From Acidobacteriota bacterium (GTDB taxonomy: Bacteria; Acidobacteriota; CAIWXX01), in contig JBFMAF010000010.1 in NCBI GenBank assembly GCA_040755995.1, forward strand, positions 64,001 to 128,000: 64,000 nucleotides of DNA, read 5' to 3'. Within the stretch, counting starts at the first letter, position 1; every line of letters starts with the position of its first letter. Under the pieces are notes generated by a model. That model did not search any database. It worked only from the letters and a program-made list of their open reading frames with translations, and was not told the origin of the DNA. Shown here in pieces: positions 59,201 to 64,000 of this stretch. A program made the translations under genes and the position numbers.

Positions 59201-59730
59201 ATCCCTGCCTGCAACCGTTGCGCTTCTGCGAAATCCCGTTCTCCCGCGACCAGGTCACGATCTCGAGGTGAGGCCTTCCGGATCTCATCCAACCTCACTT
59301 CATAGCGTCCAGCCGATGCCGACGCGTCCGGAAGGCGAATCTCCAATCTGTAGACCCCTGGCAGGTCTACGATCATCGACAGCGCGGCTGTGCCCTCGAC
59401 TTCGCCGGCACGATCAGTCCGCGCCACGCTCGCGCCGTCCGGGGCGCGGACTTCGAGCTCGACGTCAACGCCGCGCCGATCGACAACAAGGCGCAGATAT
59501 TGACCCGCCGTCGCCCGGATCTCGTAGAAATGCGACTGTCCTCCACTGATCTCCCTTGCCACCGGCGTGCCGATCCCCAATTCGGTCGCTTCCACCGAAG
59601 GGCCCGGCGCTGCGGGACTTGTGTTGCTCGCGAACAGAGCATGCGAACCGCAACCCGGCGGCGAAGTGAGAATGCTCCCAAGTGAGAGCGCGGCCGTCAA
59701 GGCGAAATGGATGCCATTGCTTGTCTTCAT
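56263..59730 (-). CDS. Exported TPR-CHAT (caspase-like) protease with N-terminal PPC-like domain
   Basis: Signal-peptide-like N-terminus; about ten TPRs (EAxxLNNxGxxY); CHAT dyad HFATHG / VLSACQT; SLWKVED, FYWAAFVLQGDW. Confidence 0.92.
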   Translation of the reverse strand: MKTSNGIHFALTAALSLGSILTSPPGCGSHALFASNTSPAAPGPSVEATELGIGTPVAREISGGQSHFYEIRATAGQYLRLVVDRRGVDVELEVRAPDGASVARTDRAGEVEGTAALSMIVDLPGVYRLEIRLPDASASAGRYEVRLDEIRKASPRDRDLVAGERDFAEAQRLQAGMTAESLGNAAGKYDGALKHFRAAAEDQKCALTLSKLGEISYLRGDMPSSLDHFTKAIDIIRALKDEAGEAEMLANIGLINNALGNKDRAIESLNRSVAILRTRGDKMGEAGALNNLGLVYWSVSENAKALECYTRVLAIVREAKEAMGEVITLNNIAAVYDSLGEKRKALEYHNQALPLRRALNDKRGEAITLSNIGAALSSLDEIQAALDDYNAALGLLRDVGDKDTEASVLNNVGDLYNSVGETETALSYYKRSQALWEAAGNRGGQAVVMNNMGAVRVSLGDTQEALGYYDKALSLARSVQDRSEEANVLHNIGSAYAKADQPQKAMEYYNQALPLRIQTGDKFGEAATLHNMGMAEKSVGHVQESTEYLNGALSVRRDVADRGGEAETLWGLAELEFTAGKLSEARRDIEAALDIVESIRAGLATEKLRASYFATAQRYYEFYIRLLMEMNRQKTEEGHEREALEASERARARSLLEMLAEGSIDIRAGVDEALLQKERSLRERLSAKAERQIRLLSGKHTPAQAAALASEIASLTHEYQQVEAEIREKSPHYAALTQPAPLGVGQIQEEITGEGAFLLEYALGDEESYCWVVGPDRLDSYRLPGRAEIEASARDVYRLLNERNRQVDGESLTARRARIERADLDFRTAAVSLSQMILGPLAKLSPRRLLVVADGALQYVPFAALPLPPSEGAGPRQAYEPLVARCEVLNLPSASALAELRREVGDRKPASKTVAVFADPVFERGDPRVGASASTGNVETPVSPFGVGRAVRDIGLGQGSVAIPRLPFTRREAQSITRSVPAALRKLAMDFDASRGTAMSDEISQYRIVHFATHGILDNVTPELSGVLLSLVDPKGGPQDGFLKLYDIYNMRLAADLVVLSACQTALGKEIKGEGLVGLTRGFMYAGSKRVLASLWKVEDTATAELMNRFYDAMLGTRRLPPAAALRAAQIGMLKSPRWSQPFYWAAFVLQGDWN

Positions 59731-59952
59731 TCTCGCTAGATCCCCTCGGTTAAATCGTCGTCTTGGACGAGCAGCTCCGCAGACAACGATCAGTCCTCTA
59801 CCGACTACCCTATCGGGTAACACCTGGGGCGTCAAGCACCTCGCTTCTACTTCTACTCAACGTGAGCGGCTGAGAGCGAGTGCCGGCTCCATTGAGTTCG
59901 CGAACCTCCTGAGGGGTCAGCGACGAGGGTGCGCCTGCACCCGCAGGCGCGA

Positions 59953-60795
59953 CTAGATCGCCTGGCGGTAGTCGCCCGGTGTTCGCCTCGTGATCTTCTT
60001 GAAGACACGGCAGAAGTAGGCCGGATCGCGGTAGCCGCACTGCCGGGCTACCTCCTCTACTCGCAGCCGGTACGTCTTGAGAAGGTACTTGGCTCTGTCG
60101 ACGCGCACATAGGCCAGGTAGTCGCAGAACTTCATGCTGCCGTGCACCCGGAAAAGCCGCGAGAGGTGGTTTGGACTGATGCCGAACTCGGCGGCCGCGC
60201 TGTCCCTCGTGATTACGTGCTGGTAGTTGTGCTGGAGATAGCCGCAGATCTCATCCATCAATTGCCTGCCCTTGCTCTTTCTCGTGAGCGACGGCTCGGC
60301 CACCATGTCGCGCAGACAGAACAGGAGCGCGCGGACGAGATCGGGGAGCGCTGCATGGGGCGCAGCTTTCGGCTGCAGCTCGATCATCGCGGCGAGCACC
60401 TTCTCGGCAGGCCCGCCGAGCGGCTGAGGGAGGGCAAGCTTGTCGGCACGGAGAGTGCCCCGGCGCGCACGGCGAGCTGTGACAACACTGATGCCGATCT
60501 GTCTCCTTCCGAAGAGGAACGCAATCACTCGCACCGGGTGCCGCCACGTGGGCCGGTTCCAGCAGTTCGGAGGCGCGAACACCGCGTCACCCGGGGCTGG
60601 CGCGATCAGCGTCGGCTTGCCCGCTCGTTCGATTTCCATCTCGTATCTCCCCTGTAGCGGTAGCTCCAATCTTGCGAAGTTGACCACGTGACTGAGGAGG
60701 GGAGGCGAGGTGAGGCGGCCGCACACGTAGACATGGCGCAGTGGACTGCGCAGGATTCGATCCAGGGTGTCGATCACGAGGCGCTGCAAGCTCAT
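59953..60795 (-). CDS. AraC-family regulator, YijO-like
   Basis: FARLEL...GDAVFAPPNCWNRPTW...LFGRRQIGISVV; AraC HTH CGYRDPAYFCRVFKK...TPGDYR. Confidence 0.88.
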   Translation of the reverse strand: MSLQRLVIDTLDRILRSPLRHVYVCGRLTSPPLLSHVVNFARLELPLQGRYEMEIERAGKPTLIAPAPGDAVFAPPNCWNRPTWRHPVRVIAFLFGRRQIGISVVTARRARRGTLRADKLALPQPLGGPAEKVLAAMIELQPKAAPHAALPDLVRALLFCLRDMVAEPSLTRKSKGRQLMDEICGYLQHNYQHVITRDSAAAEFGISPNHLSRLFRVHGSMKFCDYLAYVRVDRAKYLLKTYRLRVEEVARQCGYRDPAYFCRVFKKITRRTPGDYRQAI

Positions 60796-60952
60796 GGCCA
60801 CTCACGAATGTTACGATTATCCAGTGAATAATACATCTTTCCTCTTGCCGGCGATGCGGGCCCGTAGGATGATTCGTGCGCCTGGATGTGGCTCGCGGTC
60901 TCCAGGCGCGTGAGGAGAGTGGACGCGCGACCGCGGGGAGGGAGCAAGAACG

Positions 60953-62029
60953 ATGTTACAGCAGCACAAGCAGTACCTGCTCACCGGGGTGTCGTATGTG
61001 GTGCCGTTCATCGCATGCGGCGGCATCCTGATCGCGAGTGCGATCGCGTTCGCGCCTATGACGGCCGCGGGGCCGGATTTCTCTCATTCGCCTGTGCTCG
61101 AACTCGTCGTTGACATCGGTTCGGCGGCCTTCGCCCTGGCCATGCCCGTTCTGGCCGGATTCATCGCACACGGGATCGCCGGCAGGCCGGGGTTGGTTCC
61201 AGGCATGATCGGCGGCTTCATCGCCAACCAGCCGTTCGCCGTAACGGTAGGCGGTCAGACCCAAGGGGTGAAGGCCGGCTTCCTCGGAGCCCTACTGGCA
61301 GGGCTTCTGGCAGGGCACCTGGTCAATCTCGTCAAGAAGGCTCCGATCCCGAAGTTCGCCCGGCCGGTCATGCCCATCATTGTGATCCCGGCGCTCACCG
61401 GAGTCATGATCGGCGTGGTGATGTTCAAGTTCGTGGGTGAACCGGTCGCCTCGCTCATGGCGTCGCTGAGCCGTGGCCTCGACACGATGGGGCAGGGCAA
61501 CGCTGTCCTGCTTGCCGCCGTGCTCGGTGCGATGATCGCGTTTGACATGGGGGGACCTGTGAACAAGGCGGCCTTCTTCTTCGGTGCCGCAATGATTCAG
61601 AACAACCCGCCGAACTATACCATCATGGGTTGTACGGCCGCCGCCATATGCACACCTCCACTCGGCCTCGCTCTCGCCACTCTGGTCCACCGCAAGCTCT
61701 GGACGGAAGAGCAGCGCGAGTCCGGGATCGCGGCGCTGGGCATGGGAATGATCGGCATTACCGAGGGTGCGATCCCGTTCGCCGCCGCCGACCCGGTGCG
61801 CGTCATCCCAAGCATCATGCTGGGCTCGATGGTGGCCGCCGTGATCGCCATGCTGGGGGCCGTTGGCGACCACGCTCCACACGGCGGCCCGATCGTATTG
61901 CCCGCCGTGGTCAACCGCATGCCGTACGTCGTGGCGATCGTGGCCGGAACGGTGGTCACCGCTTTGACAATCAATCTCCTCAAGCTCCTGACCGAAAACA
62001 ATCGAGACGCAAAGGATCAACGAGGATGA
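60953..62029 (+). CDS. PTS fructose-family EIIC (FrwC-like)
   Basis: LLTGVSYVVPF, AFDMGGPVNKAA, ITEGAIPFAAADP. Confidence 0.92.
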   Translation: MLQQHKQYLLTGVSYVVPFIACGGILIASAIAFAPMTAAGPDFSHSPVLELVVDIGSAAFALAMPVLAGFIAHGIAGRPGLVPGMIGGFIANQPFAVTVGGQTQGVKAGFLGALLAGLLAGHLVNLVKKAPIPKFARPVMPIIVIPALTGVMIGVVMFKFVGEPVASLMASLSRGLDTMGQGNAVLLAAVLGAMIAFDMGGPVNKAAFFFGAAMIQNNPPNYTIMGCTAAAICTPPLGLALATLVHRKLWTEEQRESGIAALGMGMIGITEGAIPFAAADPVRVIPSIMLGSMVAAVIAMLGAVGDHAPHGGPIVLPAVVNRMPYVVAIVAGTVVTALTINLLKLLTENNRDAKDQRG

Positions 62030-62319
62030 GAATCGTTGCAGTCACGGCCTGTCCCACCGGCATCGCTCACACTTACATGGCGGCCGAGCAGCTTGAGAAG
62101 ACGGCAAAGAGGCTCGGTCACATCATCAAGGTCGAGACCCAGGGCGCCATGGGAATCGAGAATGAGCTCCGGCAGAGCGACATCGACGCCGCAGAGGTGG
62201 CCATCTTTGCAACAGACATCGCGGTCGAGCAACCGGAACGCTTCGCTCGAATCCGCACTGTCACGGTCCCCGTGCAGTTGGTGCTCAGAGATCCTGCAGC
62301 CGTCTTCGACAAACTGTGA
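62026..62319 (+). CDS. PTS fructose-family EIIB (FrwB-like)
   Basis: VAVTACPTGIAHTYMAAE, KVETQGAMG. Confidence 0.93.
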   Translation: MRIVAVTACPTGIAHTYMAAEQLEKTAKRLGHIIKVETQGAMGIENELRQSDIDAAEVAIFATDIAVEQPERFARIRTVTVPVQLVLRDPAAVFDKL

Positions 62320-62335
62320 GCGCACCGGGGCAGTC

Positions 62336-64000
62336 ATGCCGCTTGAGATTCGTTTCAACTGTCAACTGGCCGGCGGCGTGCACGCGCGTCCGGCGAGTGC
62401 TCTGGAAGAGCTGACGGCGCGCTTCCGATCGGAATTCTCCCTCGTCAACGAGCGGAACGGCTGCCGCGCCAACGCACGGAGTGTGCTGGCACTAGTGGCG
62501 TCCGATATCCGACTGGACGACGCTTGTCGCCTGGAGATAGCCGGGCCTGACGAACAGGAGGCCCATGCGGAGATGGCGAGGTTTCTGCGAGAACGTTTCC
62601 CGTGTTGCGACAACGACATTCCAACGGTCCAACCGCCGGGGGAGGAATTCAGCCTGCCGCCTGACCTCCGGGAAAGCACCATGACGTACTGGCGCGCCAC
62701 GCCTGCCGCCGCCGGGATCGGTCTCGGACGTATTGTTGAAATCGAGCCCTTCGAGCTACCCGAGACGCTGGCGAACATGCGACCCTTGGGCGCCGAGCAG
62801 GAGCGGAGGAGGATCGAGGAGGGGCTGTATGCGCTGAACGCAGCACTGGCCGAGCAAGCTGCGCGAATGCCTTCCGATGCGGCCGCCGGCATTGTCGCTG
62901 CGCATCAGGCAATCGCGCGGGATCCCGAGTTTCGGGCCAGCCTGATCGAGGCCGTCACCGCAGTCGGGCTGTGCGCTGCCCGTGCCGTCGCCGAGTCCGA
63001 AGCACACTTCAGCCGGATGTTGATGGCCACCTCCAGCGAGCTGCTGCACCAGCGCGTCCTAGATGTCCAGGACGTGTGCCGCCAGTTGCTGGACAAGATC
63101 TACGGCGAGGCCGCTCGGAGATCCGAAGCTCCACTCACCGAAGATGCCATATGCCTCGCCGAAAGCCTAACGCCGAGCCAGCTCCTGGCGCTGGACCGGC
63201 GCTATCTCAAGGGATTGGTTCTCTTCCAGCCAGGAACGACGTCCCACGTGCACATCCTTGCGCGTTCTTTCGGCATCCCCACACTGACCAGAGCCGTGGG
63301 GCTCACCGGCCGGCGCATCGCCGGCGAGCTTGCCGTGGTCGACGCCGAGATCGGACTTCTCGCCACGAACCTGGACGAGACGGCGCGACGGTACTACGCC
63401 ATGGAGCAGGACCGCCTGCGGCGTCGTCAGGCCCGGCTGCTCCGGCTTGCCGAGGGACCTGGCGACACAAGTGACGGCCAGCCTCTACAGATCGCCGCAA
63501 ACATAAGCTCGGCCGACGAGGCAGCCTGCGGCGTCGCCGCGGGAGCCGATGGTGTGGGGCTCTTCCGCACAGAGATGCTCTTCATGAACCGGGATCGGCC
63601 CCCCTCCGAGGGAGAGCAGTTCGAGGAGTACCGCAGGGCTCTGTACGCGGCAGCTGGCAAGCCCGTCATCATTCGCACACTCGACGCAGGCGGTGACAAG
63701 CCGCTGCCATTTCTCAACCAGCCGGTCGAGGCAAACCCGTTCCTCGGCTGCCGCGGCGTGCGGCTCTACCCGCGGCACGAGGCACTCTTTCGAGCTCAAG
63801 TCCGCGCCCTCCTGCGCGCGTCCGTGTTCGGGCCGCTGAAGATGCTCGCCCCAATGGTTTCTCACCTCGATGAAGTCCGGTGGATGAGACGAATAGTCGA
63901 GGAGGAGTCGGCGCGGATTCCCGAGACAGGTCAGCAGGGCAAACGTCACGTGCCGCTGGGAGTCATGCTGGAAGTGCCATCGATCGCATTCGCTCTGGAT
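62336..64000 (+). CDS. HPr-Enzyme I multiphosphoryl transfer protein (PtsA/FryA-like), truncated at the right edge
   Basis: Manual translation: HPr GVHARPA, EI phospho-His TTSHVHILARS, GVGLFRTEMLF, RTLDAGGDK, NPFLGCRGVR; terminal GVMLEVPS is in the same frame as the start. Confidence 0.9.
   Translation, partial: MPLEIRFNCQLAGGVHARPASALEELTARFRSEFSLVNERNGCRANARSVLALVASDIRLDDACRLEIAGPDEQEAHAEMARFLRERFPCCDNDIPTVQPPGEEFSLPPDLRESTMTYWRATPAAAGIGLGRIVEIEPFELPETLANMRPLGAEQERRRIEEGLYALNAALAEQAARMPSDAAAGIVAAHQAIARDPEFRASLIEAVTAVGLCAARAVAESEAHFSRMLMATSSELLHQRVLDVQDVCRQLLDKIYGEAARRSEAPLTEDAICLAESLTPSQLLALDRRYLKGLVLFQPGTTSHVHILARSFGIPTLTRAVGLTGRRIAGELAVVDAEIGLLATNLDETARRYYAMEQDRLRRRQARLLRLAEGPGDTSDGQPLQIAANISSADEAACGVAAGADGVGLFRTEMLFMNRDRPPSEGEQFEEYRRALYAAAGKPVIIRTLDAGGDKPLPFLNQPVEANPFLGCRGVRLYPRHEALFRAQVRALLRASVFGPLKMLAPMVSHLDEVRWMRRIVEEESARIPETGQQGKRHVPLGVMLEVPSIAFALD

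Noticed and set aside
56263..59730. Type III-E CRISPR (Craspase) locus
   Set aside because: TPR-CHAT and sigma are present, but there is no Cas7-11, csx30/31-like context or array, and the protein appears exported.

Overview
GC-rich bacterial chromosomal window; gene style suggests Acidobacteriota or a related lineage (inference only). It holds a minus-strand dcw cluster (mraZ-rsmH-ftsL-ftsI-murE-murF-mraY-murD-ftsW-murG-murC-ftsQ-ftsA-ftsZ), housekeeping genes (ychF, recD2, mfd, maeB), three type II toxin-antitoxin pairs, several secreted proteins and metalloproteases, a tetraheme cytochrome c and a frw-like fructose-family PTS cluster cut by the right edge. It also has an Rrf2 / DsrMK(HmcEF)-like / two-component redox module whose kinase has a Cys-rich two-CW insert in its HAMP domain. 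The best candidate for an undescribed system is a CRISPR-independent module: exported TPR-CHAT (caspase-like) protease, ECF sigma, membrane anti-sigma and two secreted proteins (52.5-59.7 kb). An identically spaced motif, ATGAAATG-N11-ATCCCACT, sits upstream of both the anti-sigma and the first secreted gene and is a likely cognate ECF promoter. No rRNA, tRNA, CRISPR array, integrase or transposase was recognised. All family calls come from recalled motifs, not database searches.
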